The notes: generated from the letters alone by a model not told the origin. Numbered from the stretch's first letter, positions 10,225 to 20,581 are shown. The stretch is 64,000 nucleotides of DNA from an uncultured Bacteroides sp. (GCA_964442005.1 CAYTWG010000004.1:1694-65693), one strand, 5' to 3'. Numbers and translations are program-made.

Positions 10225-11063
10225 TTTTCAGCAATAGGTCGATGTTGTGACTGAAGATACTCTTTACGACATTTACGTGCCAACTCTCGTGTTGCGGGAG
10301 TAAAATACGTATCTGAAAACTTTTCATATATATAGTCGACCGCCGTCTCCGACGGATGCTTCATGTCAGAGGCATAGAAACGGTAATCGCGCAGATCATC
10401 CATCATAATCTCGTAAGCGGGGAAATACTCGGCTCCTGCCTCGCGACACAGGCGGTCGACAGCAAGCAGAAGACTTGCCTTGCTGAGCTGATTCTCGTGC
10501 AGTCCGTCGGCAACATGCCTTATAGGACTCACTGTGAATATTACACGATGTTGACGGGTGTATGGAGCCCACGTTCTGACAATATCGTCGACAGTGACCA
10601 TCTCCCGTCTGAATATGGAAGGGGGCAACTTATGGCAGTTGCCAACGACTTCGCCGCTCTCGACCAGACGGTAGACACGTGCCGTCCCCAACGTTATAAT
10701 CCATGTGTCAGCCACTTGTAACGCCTCGGTCAGCCCCGACAGCACGGTGTTGACCCGTCCGAGCAGCCTGTCGGGGTCACTGTCCTGAAAAATATTGGGA
10801 AAATCAAGACAATGATAAGTCTCGCCCGAGCAGTAAAGGTCATCGCGTGTGTACATTCTATCGGCTGACGCCCTTGCAATCACCGAGGCAATCGACATCG
10901 GATTGTATAGCGCCCCCATAGGATTGAGCGTCACATCAAAACCGTCGTGCAGCATCAGCTCACCTACATTTGTCGTAAAACACGACCCGAGCATCACGAT
11001 TTTATCTCCGTGTCCGAGCGGCTTGGCTCCTTTGATTGGTTCTATCTCTGTACGGAACATCAT
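10215..11063 (-). CDS. GSCFA-family protein
   Basis: Eponymous motif MLGSCFTTNVG near the N-terminus. 282 aa. Confidence 0.75.
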   Translation of the reverse strand: MMFRTEIEPIKGAKPLGHGDKIVMLGSCFTTNVGELMLHDGFDVTLNPMGALYNPMSIASVIARASADRMYTRDDLYCSGETYHCLDFPNIFQDSDPDRLLGRVNTVLSGLTEALQVADTWIITLGTARVYRLVESGEVVGNCHKLPPSIFRREMVTVDDIVRTWAPYTRQHRVIFTVSPIRHVADGLHENQLSKASLLLAVDRLCREAGAEYFPAYEIMMDDLRDYRFYASDMKHPSETAVDYIYEKFSDTYFTPATRELARKCRKEYLQSQHRPIAEKWN

Positions 11064-11072
11064 AACTCGACA

Positions 11073-13037
11073 TCAATACATCTGGTAATCAATCGACAGC
11101 ACCTGAAACTCAGTGCGGCGGTTAATCTGATCGGCAATCTCGCGGTCCTCCTCGCCGAGGGTCTCTATATACTCGGGAGTCAGTACCGTTCCCTCCTCAA
11201 ACTGAGGATACTCCCTTGCCAGTTTCTTCGTGATCGTTTTCGGGCGCGACTTACCGTAGCCCTGCGCCTGAAGACGATCGGGACTGATTCCTACCGATAT
11301 AAGATAGTCTATCACTGATGCGGCGCGGCGATGCGACAGGTCTATATTGTACTCGTCGCTACCCTTGCGGTCAGTATGTGAAGCCATCTCGATAGTTATG
11401 TTGGGGTTGTCACGCATTATCTGAGCCATCTCGTCAAGAGCCGTTTTTGACTCGGGTCGCAGGGTGGCGCGGTCAAAATCATAAAAAATATTGTCAACAA
11501 CTACCGGTTTATTGATCGACGCAAGAATGAAATCGACGTTATATTCAGCATCTTCCTCTGCATCATCAGCTGTAAACTGCTGTCGGGCATTGAGATATCC
11601 CTTGGCACCGGCAAGCATCACATAGCTGACACCTCTCTGGAGCGGGAAACGGAACGTACCGTCATCACGAGCCACCTCTTTCTGATTGGAACCGTCATTA
11701 CCGACAATACGTATCACCGCACCCGGTACCGGCTCCTCATCCTTGTCGAGCACCCAGCCGGTAATCCATATCTTAAGGTCAGGCAACTCAAATGAATAAA
11801 TATGATCATAGCCACGGGCATCCCCTCGGTTAGAGCTGAAATAACCGCTCTCTCCCTCGCCGAATGTTATACCGAAGTCATCGGCTGAGGAATTCATCGG
11901 CTGTCCCATATTCTCCACACGCCAACCGCCGGATGGTGTCAGCGTGGCACGGAAAAGGTCGAGACCGCCATATCCCGGATGTCCGTCCGACGCAAAGTAC
12001 AGTAAGCTGTCAGTGCGCACGTATGGAAACATTTCGTCGCCGGGCGTATTGATAAACTCGCCGAGATTTTCAAGCGAACCGGCGCGCTCCTTGAGATTTA
12101 TGCGCCAGATATCCTTGCCGCCCGAGCCGCCAGGCATATCCGACGTAAAATATAGCCACGTGCCGTCGGGCGACACGGCAGGATGTCCGTAACTCGACAA
12201 CGTGTCGGCGGTGATCTCCAGTTTTACAGCTGCGCTCCACTTGGCATCGGAACGCTGAGACGTGTATATCTCGACACCGGTAGGAGCATTGGGCTCGCGG
12301 CGCGCTTTGGTCAGATACATGGTCGTTCCGTCGGGCGAGAACGACACTATCCCTTCGTCGAGCTCGGTATTCAGTTCACCTTCCACCGCCTCGGGGCGCT
12401 GCCACTCTCCTCGCTCGTTTTTACGTGCGACCCACACGTCGCCCTTCTTCATTCCGGTGATCTCGCTGCGGTGATCGCCCGAGACCTTCTCATTGGTTGT
12501 CGTAAAATACAACTGATCAAACGAGTTGTCAAAATACATCGGTGAGAAGTCGGCACGACGTGAGTTAAACAGCTTGGCGTTGCGCACGACATAGCGTGTC
12601 GGAGTGCCACGCGTCTCGAGAGCGAGCCGACAACCGGCTATACCGGTCTGTGCCTCACGCGAACTTGGGTTAAGCTTCAGAAATTCTTCATAGGAAGTGA
12701 TCGCCGCAGCATATTTACCGTCAGCATGCTGTGCCTGAGCAAGATGCAACAGCGCGGTTGAATCGGGGTAATTATAGCGTATGGCATTCTGATATGCAGC
12801 TGCGGCACGCGCATTCATGTTCAGCCTTGAATAACATTCGCCCATAAGAAAAGCCACCTCGCCGCGCTGCTGACGCTCCTCGCGCTTGGTGAGCTTGTTG
12901 TAGACTTTGCGATAAGTCTTTGATGCATCGAAATACTCTCCCCGCTCATACTGTTCGTTTGCTGTCGAGAGCTTCGCACCGCCGCAACCGGTGAGAATGA
13001 CGGCTATGACGGCGAGCAGAATCGTATTTTTTTTCAT
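11073..13037 (-). CDS. OmpA-family lipoprotein with TPR and TolB-like (PD40) repeats
   Basis: Start trimmed to MKKNTILLAVIAVILTGC (lipobox). TPR-like N-terminus, repeated SPDG..(M/L)YF PD40-like motifs, and a C-terminal OmpA domain (NIFYDFDRATLRPES...GHTD..GSDEYN..LS.RRA). Confidence 0.8.
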   Translation of the reverse strand: MKKNTILLAVIAVILTGCGGAKLSTANEQYERGEYFDASKTYRKVYNKLTKREERQQRGEVAFLMGECYSRLNMNARAAAAYQNAIRYNYPDSTALLHLAQAQHADGKYAAAITSYEEFLKLNPSSREAQTGIAGCRLALETRGTPTRYVVRNAKLFNSRRADFSPMYFDNSFDQLYFTTTNEKVSGDHRSEITGMKKGDVWVARKNERGEWQRPEAVEGELNTELDEGIVSFSPDGTTMYLTKARREPNAPTGVEIYTSQRSDAKWSAAVKLEITADTLSSYGHPAVSPDGTWLYFTSDMPGGSGGKDIWRINLKERAGSLENLGEFINTPGDEMFPYVRTDSLLYFASDGHPGYGGLDLFRATLTPSGGWRVENMGQPMNSSADDFGITFGEGESGYFSSNRGDARGYDHIYSFELPDLKIWITGWVLDKDEEPVPGAVIRIVGNDGSNQKEVARDDGTFRFPLQRGVSYVMLAGAKGYLNARQQFTADDAEEDAEYNVDFILASINKPVVVDNIFYDFDRATLRPESKTALDEMAQIMRDNPNITIEMASHTDRKGSDEYNIDLSHRRAASVIDYLISVGISPDRLQAQGYGKSRPKTITKKLAREYPQFEEGTVLTPEYIETLGEEDREIADQINRRTEFQVLSIDYQMY

Positions 13038-13075
13038 ACAGAGGTTCATATTTCTATAACGCACAAATTTACTAA

Positions 13076-13819
13076 TTATTTTTCATCGAGCATTACAACC
13101 GACAGAGTTCTTCCCGAGTTTATGCCCAGTTTACGTGCTGAGAAATAAACCGAAGGGGCACAACGCGAACATGGCGATGTGTCGCATATATTTCTTGACG
13201 GTATTCCGGCGGCTTCAAGCGACAGCCGGCAGGCACGTCGCAGGTCGACATGATATTTTCCCGTTACGCCGAGATATTCGTCGCTCACGACTCCCTGTCC
13301 ATGCCATTTCGCTTCAAACTGTGAAGCGACTTCATAGCCAACTTCAAAACATCCGGTGCATATCGACGGACCCGTCACGGCACGTATCTCGTCAGCGACG
13401 GCACCCATCTGCACCATCCGACCGACCGCACTGACCACAATCTCCCCGACCGTTCCTCTCCATCCCGAGTGGACGGCAGCTACGACACGGTTAACAGGGT
13501 CAGCAAGCAATATAGGCACACAATCGGCTGTATTGACAGCGATAGCGACGCCGGGGAGAGCTGTCACCAGCGCATCAACCCCGGAAAAATCATCTTGGAG
13601 ATTTCCTGACGTGACCTCCGCGACAACTGTCGAATGGGTCTGACGCGGGATTATCAGCCGCTCTGACGAGATGCCCAGGACGTGACAAAGCCGCTCCCGG
13701 CATGACGCGACGTGGGCGGCATTATCGCCCGTGTAATGACAGGCGTTGAAATCGCTGTAAGGATTGTCGGGTTCAGGGCTGCCGCGTCGGGTCGACAACG
13801 CGGTGACCCCTTCACCCAT
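13076..13819 (-). CDS. pgeF: peptidoglycan editing factor PgeF / YfiH-family (laccase-domain) protein
   Basis: QTHSTVV, ADCVPILL and HSGWRGT motifs. The start was moved to the ATG at 13819 because the longer ORF overlaps the obg 3' end with an implausible N-terminus. Confidence 0.8.
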   Translation of the reverse strand: MGEGVTALSTRRGSPEPDNPYSDFNACHYTGDNAAHVASCRERLCHVLGISSERLIIPRQTHSTVVAEVTSGNLQDDFSGVDALVTALPGVAIAVNTADCVPILLADPVNRVVAAVHSGWRGTVGEIVVSAVGRMVQMGAVADEIRAVTGPSICTGCFEVGYEVASQFEAKWHGQGVVSDEYLGVTGKYHVDLRRACRLSLEAAGIPSRNICDTSPCSRCAPSVYFSARKLGINSGRTLSVVMLDEK

Positions 13820-13844
13820 ATCATAGAAATCAGCTTCGATACTG

Positions 13845-15026
13845 TCAGTCGATATTTTCGGCTTCGATATCTTCGTCCCAGTCATAGTCCTCGTCAAGCA
13901 TATCGTCATCAAAGGTCTCATCCTCGTCCTCGGGCATCGGCTCGTTTTCGAAGATGAACTCATCCTCCTCGCGCACACGATGATGACCGTCAAGCGGTCT
14001 GTGAGTGATCGGATTAGGCTCGATGCGGTTGCTCTCGTCGGTGATGGCGCGCCACAGCGTGTCTTTCAGCAAAGTCAGACCTTGACCCGTCACCGATGAA
14101 ATGAACACGTGAGGGATACCTTCGGGAAGTTGTGCGGCAATCTCCTCCATCAGCTCGTCGTCAAGCATGTCACTCTTGGAGATGGCAAGCACGCGGGGCT
14201 TGTCCATCAGCTGAGGATTGAACTGCGCGAGCTCGTTGAGCAGCACCTCATACTCCTTGCGTATATCGGCGGCATCGGCAGGAACAAGGAACAACAGGAC
14301 GGCATTTCGCTCTATGTGGCGCAAGAAGCGGAGTCCGAGTCCCTTTCCCTCGCTGGCACCCTCGATGATTCCGGGAATATCAGCCATGACAAACGACCTG
14401 TTGTCACGATATGACACGATTCCGAGCTGCGGCTCCATCGTTGTGAACGGATAGTCGGCGATCTTGGGACGTGCAGCCGACACTGCTGAAAGCAGCGTTG
14501 ATTTTCCCGCATTGGGAAATCCCACGAGACCGACATCGGCAAGAAGCTTCAACTCAAGGATGACACTCTTCTCTATGGCTGGCTCGCCGGGCTGGGCGAA
14601 ACGGGGCGTACGGTTGGTCGCCGACTTGAAATGCCAGTTGCCGAGACCGCCGCGACCGCCGCGCAACAGTTTTATCTCTTGTCCGTCATCGGTTACTTCA
14701 CACAGATACTCACCGGTCTCGGCATCGAAAACGACAGTTCCGCACGGCACGTCGACAATCACGTCGTCACCGTCCTTACCGAAGCTACGACCGCCCGAAC
14801 CGCTCTGCCCGTTACCGGCAAACAGATGTCGGCGGTATTTCAACGGTAAAAGTGTCCACATGTTTTGGTTTCCGCGGAGTATGATGTGTCCTCCGCGACC
14901 TCCGTCACCTCCGTCGGGTCCCCCTTTGGGAACATACTTGGCGCGATAAAAATGGCGCGACCCGGCACCTCCCTTGCCCGAGCGGCAAAGGATTTTCACG
15001 TAGTCAATAAAATTTGAATCAGCCAT
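13845..15026 (-). CDS. obg: GTPase Obg/CgtA
   Basis: [20 protein letters not shown]..., Gly-rich Obg fold, GFPNAGKST (G1) and DIPGIIEGA. Acidic C-terminal tail. Start taken at MADSNFIDY. Confidence 0.9.
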   Translation of the reverse strand: MADSNFIDYVKILCRSGKGGAGSRHFYRAKYVPKGGPDGGDGGRGGHIILRGNQNMWTLLPLKYRRHLFAGNGQSGSGGRSFGKDGDDVIVDVPCGTVVFDAETGEYLCEVTDDGQEIKLLRGGRGGLGNWHFKSATNRTPRFAQPGEPAIEKSVILELKLLADVGLVGFPNAGKSTLLSAVSAARPKIADYPFTTMEPQLGIVSYRDNRSFVMADIPGIIEGASEGKGLGLRFLRHIERNAVLLFLVPADAADIRKEYEVLLNELAQFNPQLMDKPRVLAISKSDMLDDELMEEIAAQLPEGIPHVFISSVTGQGLTLLKDTLWRAITDESNRIEPNPITHRPLDGHHRVREEDEFIFENEPMPEDEDETFDDDMLDEDYDWDEDIEAENID

Positions 15027-15066
15027 ATAATCAGTTTTTTCAGTTTTCAACAATTAATCGCTGCGT

Positions 15067-16119
15067 CTACTCCGTCAGATTACGGTGATAGCGCATAAGT
15101 TCCTCGGCATGACGGAAATCCGCGGGAGATCCCACGTCGATCCACGTGCCGTTGATCGGGAAGTAAGTCACCTTGTCGCCGCCGTCGATCGCTTGCTGCA
15201 CGAGATCGGTAGCGTCAGTGCGGACGTCGCGTTTCAGCGTTGCGAGAAGCCTGTTGGAAAATATATAGATACCCGCATTGGCAAAGTACGTATATGTAGG
15301 CTTCTCCTCGATAGCCGTGACCTCTTCACCCTCGGTGGCAAGGATAGCGTAAGGCACCGATACCACGTAGGGGATGACCGCTACCGTCACATCGGCATGC
15401 GACTCGACATGGTGGAGATACATCTCTTCATAAGAAACAGTTGTAAGCAGGTCTGAGTTCATTACGAGCGTATTTCCTGTCGCCGGTAATGCCACGAGCG
15501 ACACGGCTCCTATTGTCCCGAGTGGCATTTCCTCGCGCACGGTCTTGACATTGACCCCCGCCACCGGCTTGCTGAAATGCTCGTCAATCATCTCGGCGAG
15601 ATAACGTGTCGTGACTGTTATGTCGTCAATTCCGACGTCGGCAAGCGCCTCTATGTTATAGTCGATTATCGGCTTCCCGTCGACATGCAGCAACGGTTTG
15701 GGGGTCTTGTCGGTCAACGGGCGCAGACGTTCTCCGCGACCGCCCGCCATGAGGATAGCGCTCAGCGGCAGTGCCGAACGCCGTTTACGCAGATTCAGCA
15801 CATGGTGGATTGACCCGTCGCTGTTTAGCACAGGCAGGAGCGTCACCCCGTCACGACGGCAACTGCGTATGAATTTGACAGCATCCTCGCCGTGATTGAC
15901 CGCACGGAAATTGCGGTGCAGCACCTCGCTGACGGGATCGTTCACCGTCACTCCGCGCAACAGTCCGCGGCGTATGTCGCCGTCCGTCACCGTGCCGGTC
16001 ATGACCCCGCGGTCATCCACCACAAGCAGCGTCATCACCTTTCCCGACAGGTCGTTGAGTCGTGCCAACGCCTCCCCTACGGTGATACTGTCATTTACTA
16101 TATTCTCTTCCATAAGCAT
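15067..16119 (-). CDS. CBS-domain nucleotidyltransferase (PtmE-like sugar-1-phosphate nucleotidyltransferase)
   Basis: Tandem N-terminal CBS-like domains (LLVVDDRGVMTGTVTDGDIRR) followed by ILMAGGRGERLRPLTDKTPKPLL, the NTP-transferase signature. Confidence 0.75.
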   Translation of the reverse strand: MLMEENIVNDSITVGEALARLNDLSGKVMTLLVVDDRGVMTGTVTDGDIRRGLLRGVTVNDPVSEVLHRNFRAVNHGEDAVKFIRSCRRDGVTLLPVLNSDGSIHHVLNLRKRRSALPLSAILMAGGRGERLRPLTDKTPKPLLHVDGKPIIDYNIEALADVGIDDITVTTRYLAEMIDEHFSKPVAGVNVKTVREEMPLGTIGAVSLVALPATGNTLVMNSDLLTTVSYEEMYLHHVESHADVTVAVIPYVVSVPYAILATEGEEVTAIEEKPTYTYFANAGIYIFSNRLLATLKRDVRTDATDLVQQAIDGGDKVTYFPINGTWIDVGSPADFRHAEELMRYHRNLTE

Positions 16120-16126
16120 AGTCGGC

Positions 16127-16819
16127 TCATTGTTGTTTTTTAATAATCGCCTCGGCTACAAGCCAGTCAAGCTCCGTGTCAAGATCCACGCTCGCCTCGC
16201 GCGACATCACCACCGGGACGCGGCGTGAGAACGCGCCGAGAGGCATCGCCCTGACCGCGCGGGGATTTATCACATAGACCGCCCCGTTATATTGCCAGGC
16301 GGGAGGTGCGTCCTGACGACGCGTATATAGTCCGTCCCCCTTCGATACATGCAGATAACCGGTCGTCGGGTCGGTCTCGAAACAGTCATAGTAGGGATTG
16401 GCGCGCGACTCGGCGACACTGACCACCATGTCCACGTCATCATTGTACAGCGCGAGCGCACGTGCGACGTCATCAGTCGTGCGCAATGGTGACGTAGGTT
16501 GCAGCAACACCACGCAGTCATATTTTATTCCCTCCCGGTCAGCCCAGTCCATGGCATCGAGTATCACCTCGCGCGACCCTGCCGTGTCGGTGGCGAGCTC
16601 GGCGGGACGACGGTAGGTCACCGGTAGCCCTGTCTGACGGGCACAGTCGGCAATCTCGTCGTCGTCAGTCGACAGGATGATGTGACCGTCGTCATCCGAC
16701 AGCTGCCGTGCCACCTCTATCGAGTAATATATCAGCGGTTTGCCGTTAAACGGCTTGATATTCTTACGCGGTATTCCTTTACTGCCGCCACGCGCGGGAA
16801 TGATATATAAGGGAGTCAT
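16127..16819 (-). CDS. neuA: acylneuraminate (nonulosonate) cytidylyltransferase
   Basis: IIPARGGSKGIPRKNIKPFNGKPLI and LLQPTSPLR, CMP-NeuAc synthetase family motifs. Confidence 0.85.
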   Translation of the reverse strand: MTPLYIIPARGGSKGIPRKNIKPFNGKPLIYYSIEVARQLSDDDGHIILSTDDDEIADCARQTGLPVTYRRPAELATDTAGSREVILDAMDWADREGIKYDCVVLLQPTSPLRTTDDVARALALYNDDVDMVVSVAESRANPYYDCFETDPTTGYLHVSKGDGLYTRRQDAPPAWQYNGAVYVINPRAVRAMPLGAFSRRVPVVMSREASVDLDTELDWLVAEAIIKKQQ

Positions 16820-17988
16820 TGTCTCAACGGATTTATGTCATGGAATTTCTTGTGACGGAGAGTCTCTATCGGCGTTTCGGCTATGGCATCGGTTATCAGT
16901 CTCAGTGTGTCGTGACGGAAATAGGGATTGTCGGTCGATGCGGCAATCCGGCGCCACTCTTCCGACAGCGCTTTGCCTATTGCTTCCGCTATTTCATCAG
17001 CGCTGTCACCACAATGTATCACCGACCCGGCGGCAAGTCTGCCGCTCTGACGGACACCGATATCGACCGTAGGTATTCCTGCCGACGGTACCTCGACAAT
17101 ACCGCTCGACGAGTTGCCGACAACAGCGCCGACATGACGCAGCGCCGACAGATAGCGTCTCTTGCCCAACGACGGTACTGCCTTTACCCGGTCAGGGTGT
17201 GCGGCGGCATAACGCTCGATCATCGGGATTATCACCGCTCCGCGGGCGTCGTTATTGGGATAGGTGATTATGACACGGCTGGATGGAAACCGGTCAAGGG
17301 CTTCGAGCAGTGCGCCGAAACGGGTCTCGACCGGAGCCTGATCAAGGGTTGCGGGATGAAACGTGACAAGCAGCGTGTCAGCATCGACCTTAAAGCCTAT
17401 CGACTCCTCAAGTTCCCGGCTCGTCATGACCGGCTCGTTCATGGCATTATAAACGCCTATCGCGCCTGTGTTTATCACCCGGTGCGGCTCCTCGCCCATA
17501 GCTATTACCCGCTGCCGGTACTCCTCGGTGGCGGTCAGGTGCAGTGATGACATTTTAGTGATTGCATGGCGTATGCTGTCATCTACGGCGCCCTCTGTTA
17601 TCTCTCCGCCGGCGATATGGACGATGGGAATGCACATCACCGTTGCCGCCGACGCGACTGCAAGCATTTCGTACCGGTCTCCGAGAATGACCACGACATC
17701 GGGCGACAGATGCTCTAACACATCGGCTAACCCTTTCATGCACTCCCCCATGGCTCGCACGCGGTCGGCGGGACTGTCGCCTGAGAGCGGCATCGGGACA
17801 CGCGCCGTGACTTCAATCCCGTCGGCGACAATCTCATTGACCGTCATCCCGTAGCGCTCATCCAGGTGCATGTTGGTGGCGACGACCTGTAACTCCACGT
17901 CGTCGCGCGACTCAAGCGAGCGGGCTATGCCGCTAAGCAGCCCCCACTCGGCTCTGGTTCCGGTCACTATGCAAACCTTTCTTCTCAT
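16816..17988 (-). CDS. neuC: UDP-N-acetylglucosamine 2-epimerase (hydrolysing), NeuC/LegG-like
   Basis: KVCIVTGTRAEWGLL...VATNMHL...GDRYEMLA...IAGGE.TEGA.D. Start trimmed to MRRKVCIV (ATG at 17988). Overlaps the neuA start by 4 nt. Confidence 0.85.
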   Translation of the reverse strand: MRRKVCIVTGTRAEWGLLSGIARSLESRDDVELQVVATNMHLDERYGMTVNEIVADGIEVTARVPMPLSGDSPADRVRAMGECMKGLADVLEHLSPDVVVILGDRYEMLAVASAATVMCIPIVHIAGGEITEGAVDDSIRHAITKMSSLHLTATEEYRQRVIAMGEEPHRVINTGAIGVYNAMNEPVMTSRELEESIGFKVDADTLLVTFHPATLDQAPVETRFGALLEALDRFPSSRVIITYPNNDARGAVIIPMIERYAAAHPDRVKAVPSLGKRRYLSALRHVGAVVGNSSSGIVEVPSAGIPTVDIGVRQSGRLAAGSVIHCGDSADEIAEAIGKALSEEWRRIAASTDNPYFRHDTLRLITDAIAETPIETLRHKKFHDINPLRQ

Positions 17989-18011
17989 AATCCGGTCAAA
18001 AAATGCTACTG

Positions 18012-18019
18012 CAAATTTA
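18012..18019 (-). promoter_or_regulatory. -7 box TAAATTTG for the neuC-neuA-nucleotidyltransferase(-obg) transcript
   Basis: The plus strand reads CAAATTTA, 24 nt upstream of the ATG at 17988 and immediately after the upstream gene's terminator. Confidence 0.4.
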
Positions 18020-18070
18020 ACACTTTTAATTAATAACACCAACAGATTCTCCTGACGCCGTCACATAAAA

Positions 18071-18100
18071 AATATACCCGGCACGGAAGCCGGGTATATT
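18071..18100 (-). terminator. rho-independent terminator of the GLUG/T9SS gene
   Basis: The minus strand reads AATATACCCGG-cttccgtg-CCGGGTATATT followed by TTTTT. Confidence 0.65.
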
Positions 18101-18132
18101 CATCAGGTATATGTGTTCTGTTATTCTGTCGT

Positions 18133-20289
18133 TCAACGGATGTATTCCTTAGTGACCTTGCTGCCGCGGCGCACGATGTAAATACCGTTTTCGGGATTGG
18201 CTACTCTGATACCCTGGAGATTGTAGTAAACAGGAGCGGCTTCAACTGCTTCGTCAGCGACGATTCCTTCTACTGATCCTACCTCGCCGTTCTGCCACTT
18301 CAGTACAGGCATGTCATTGACAAGCTTGGTGCTGAACGCATCCCAGCCGGTTACTATAGCCTGAAGTGATGCTGTTGTCTCTCCGAACCCGAGTTTCTCA
18401 CCCTTGAGTTCAAGTCCGTCCCAGTTATAGACGTTTTCTTCAAGGAAACCGCCTCCGGCGCAGATAAATCCTGATTCGATTTCACCTGATACCTCGGGAT
18501 TCCATGCGACCACATTCTTCAGATTCACGAAATTGGAGTTGCGGATTGTTGCGATACCGCTTGCCTGACCCGAACCGGTAACACTGCCCGAGCAGTAAGC
18601 ATTGGCGAGCGTCAGGTCGGCGTCGATACGTCCTACGAGACCGCCGCAATGGCTGCCGGTGTCGTCGGTCACTGTTGCCGATGAGTAGCAGTTGGTGATT
18701 GTAAGAGCACCGAGATTGGAGCCTACAAGACCACCTGATGCAGCCCCGCGGATATAACCGGTAACATAGCAGTTGTCGATTGTTGCTTCATTGACTGCGC
18801 CGGCAATACCGCCCACACAGAACCATTTCACGTTGAGATTCACGTCCTCAAGACCGAGATTTCTGACTTCACCGCTCAGCGAGCCGAACAGCGATGCATT
18901 ACCTGCCTCTACCGTGAGATTCTTGATCACGTGATACTGACCGTCAAAGTGGATCTTCTTACCGAAATCGTTCTCGGTCAAGGGCACTGTGTAACCGACA
19001 TTGCTCATGTCGATGTCGTTCTCAAGAAGGATATAATTGTCACCTACATTGAGATAGTTACGCATGTCGATAAGTTCCTGAGGATTGGTGATGCGGATAG
19101 GATTGGTTTCCGAGCCGGGCATTTCAGCTGCCGAGAGCGGCTTGAAGTTCACCATGGCGGCTGCGCTGCAGTTCAGCGTAGGCTTGACACCGCCCGTTGT
19201 GCTGGCATAGAGGTAGATGTTTACCGAGCCGTCCTCGATAGGTTCACAGGTGATGGTTGCATATCCGTTTGATGCCTCGTAATCAGGATTGTGCCACTTG
19301 GCGGCAATCTGTCCGTTCTCGTTGAAGACGGCGATATCCATCGTGTACAGTCCGGTCGCGGGATCCTCGGGCGCGAGATAGTTCTTTACGAAGTAGCGAC
19401 GTCCTTCGACCACGAATGTATCGAAACCGTTTGTTTTAGCACGGGCATTGGCACGGCACACGTTCTGGAACGAGTAATCGGCTGCACCGTTGATAAATGT
19501 TCCTACGACGTCCCATTTGCCGCCTTCGGTCGATGCAAAGTAGAAACCGTCGGAAGCTGCATGCATTCTGATTTCGTCGATCGTCGAGTATTTAGGCTGG
19601 CAGATACAATGCTGTGTCGGTGACCCCATGTAGACACCTGCGGTTTTCTCGCTTACCATGTTGGCATGGTCAACATCGCCGTCGCCGAAACAGGTGACGA
19701 TACGGATACACTGCGCGAACTTCGATTGCGGTCCGATGTAGAACGTAGCGCCTGTGGTCATGTCACCTATCACGCGACCTACCACGTCTATACGTCCGAT
19801 TCCTGAATATTCCGTTCCGTCGAGCATTACCGAATAGTCATCGGGCACTCCGAGGTCAAAATGTTTTATCTTTCCGGTCGAGGGCTGATAGATCGACCAT
19901 TTGGTACTGCTGTCGGGGGCTTTCGTAAAGTTATGTCCGATCAAGAAGTTGCCGGCATCGTCCATCGACAGTGCTGTACCATAGATACCGCCGTCGTCAA
20001 GCGCCGGAAGTTTGTAGAGGTCTTTGAATCCGTCCTTGGTGATCTCGGCGATGCTCATCGTTTTCATGTTGATGGTGTAGAGCTTGCCGTCACGACCGTG
20101 GGCAAAGCGTGTACATGACTTGCCTTTGATCTCATTGGCTGATGACCAGTTGGGAGCTTCTGAATCCCATTCAGCGGTGTACTCGTCAGTTACGTAGCGC
20201 CAAATCTCGGTAAGCGTACCCTGGGCGCTTACACTGAACGCGGGTGCTATGACCGCTGCAAGTGCAAGAGAGAGTAATTGTTTTTTCAT
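18133..20289 (-). CDS. secreted GLUG-motif repeat protein with T9SS C-terminal sorting domain
   Basis: Start trimmed to MKKQLLSLALAAVIAPAFSVSAQG. GLUG-like repeats (VGGIAGAV..., SGGLVGSN..., CGGLVGRI...). The C-terminus YYNLQGIRVANPENGIYIVRRGSKVTKEYIR is T9SS CTD-like. Confidence 0.7.
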   Translation of the reverse strand: MKKQLLSLALAAVIAPAFSVSAQGTLTEIWRYVTDEYTAEWDSEAPNWSSANEIKGKSCTRFAHGRDGKLYTINMKTMSIAEITKDGFKDLYKLPALDDGGIYGTALSMDDAGNFLIGHNFTKAPDSSTKWSIYQPSTGKIKHFDLGVPDDYSVMLDGTEYSGIGRIDVVGRVIGDMTTGATFYIGPQSKFAQCIRIVTCFGDGDVDHANMVSEKTAGVYMGSPTQHCICQPKYSTIDEIRMHAASDGFYFASTEGGKWDVVGTFINGAADYSFQNVCRANARAKTNGFDTFVVEGRRYFVKNYLAPEDPATGLYTMDIAVFNENGQIAAKWHNPDYEASNGYATITCEPIEDGSVNIYLYASTTGGVKPTLNCSAAAMVNFKPLSAAEMPGSETNPIRITNPQELIDMRNYLNVGDNYILLENDIDMSNVGYTVPLTENDFGKKIHFDGQYHVIKNLTVEAGNASLFGSLSGEVRNLGLEDVNLNVKWFCVGGIAGAVNEATIDNCYVTGYIRGAASGGLVGSNLGALTITNCYSSATVTDDTGSHCGGLVGRIDADLTLANAYCSGSVTGSGQASGIATIRNSNFVNLKNVVAWNPEVSGEIESGFICAGGGFLEENVYNWDGLELKGEKLGFGETTASLQAIVTGWDAFSTKLVNDMPVLKWQNGEVGSVEGIVADEAVEAAPVYYNLQGIRVANPENGIYIVRRGSKVTKEYIR

Positions 20290-20338
20290 GCGTAATGATT
20301 TATTAATTAAATAATAGTAGTTTTCTAAGATTATTTCA

Positions 20339-20346
20339 CAAAGATA
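20339..20346 (-). promoter_or_regulatory. -7 box TATCTTTG for the GLUG/T9SS gene
   Basis: The plus strand reads CAAAGATA, about 50 nt upstream of the ATG at 20289. Confidence 0.4.
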
Positions 20347-20420
20347 GCGCTTAATTTTAAATATCGGCAAAAACTTCTCACATTTTTATAATCAGACCGC
20401 CGATTTTTTATTTTTTTCCT

Positions 20421-20428
20421 TAACTTTG
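20421..20428 (+). promoter_or_regulatory. -7 box TAACTTTG upstream of riboswitch copy A
   Basis: Matches TAnnTTTG, about 35 nt before the conserved riboswitch core. Confidence 0.45.
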
Positions 20429-20454
20429 CACCCGTAAAAATATTTAACCATTTT

Positions 20455-20581
20455 ATCAATAATCCGGGAAACGCGTGTGAATCGCGTACTGTCGCGCAAC
20501 TGTGAATGAGACATCGCCGCCCGTCATGTCTCAAAGTCAGGAACCGGGAGGTAAACAGTCCTCAAGCATTGTCACTTTCGC
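20455..20581 (+). promoter_or_regulatory. cobalamin (B12) riboswitch, copy A
   Basis: Core GGGAAACGCGTGTGAATCGCGTACTGTCGCGCAACTGTGA matches the GGGAA..GGTG.AA..CC...C.G..CGC.ACTGT pattern. B12-box-like AGTCAGGAACCGGG. The 42-nt core is identical to copy B. Boundaries are approximate. Confidence 0.8.

Noticed and set aside
13820-13993. N-terminal 58-aa extension of the pgeF/yfiH ORF (track start at 13993)
   Set aside because: The extension overlaps the acidic C-terminal tail of obg in another frame and reads as low-complexity R/T/S/M sequence. The conserved YfiH fold begins after the Met at 13819.
16819-17547. 242-aa plus-strand ORF
   Set aside because: It is antisense to neuC, which carries the UDP-GlcNAc 2-epimerase motifs.
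20331-20534. 67-aa minus-strand ORF
   Set aside because: It lies across the promoter and conserved core of cobalamin riboswitch copy A. It has no coding features.
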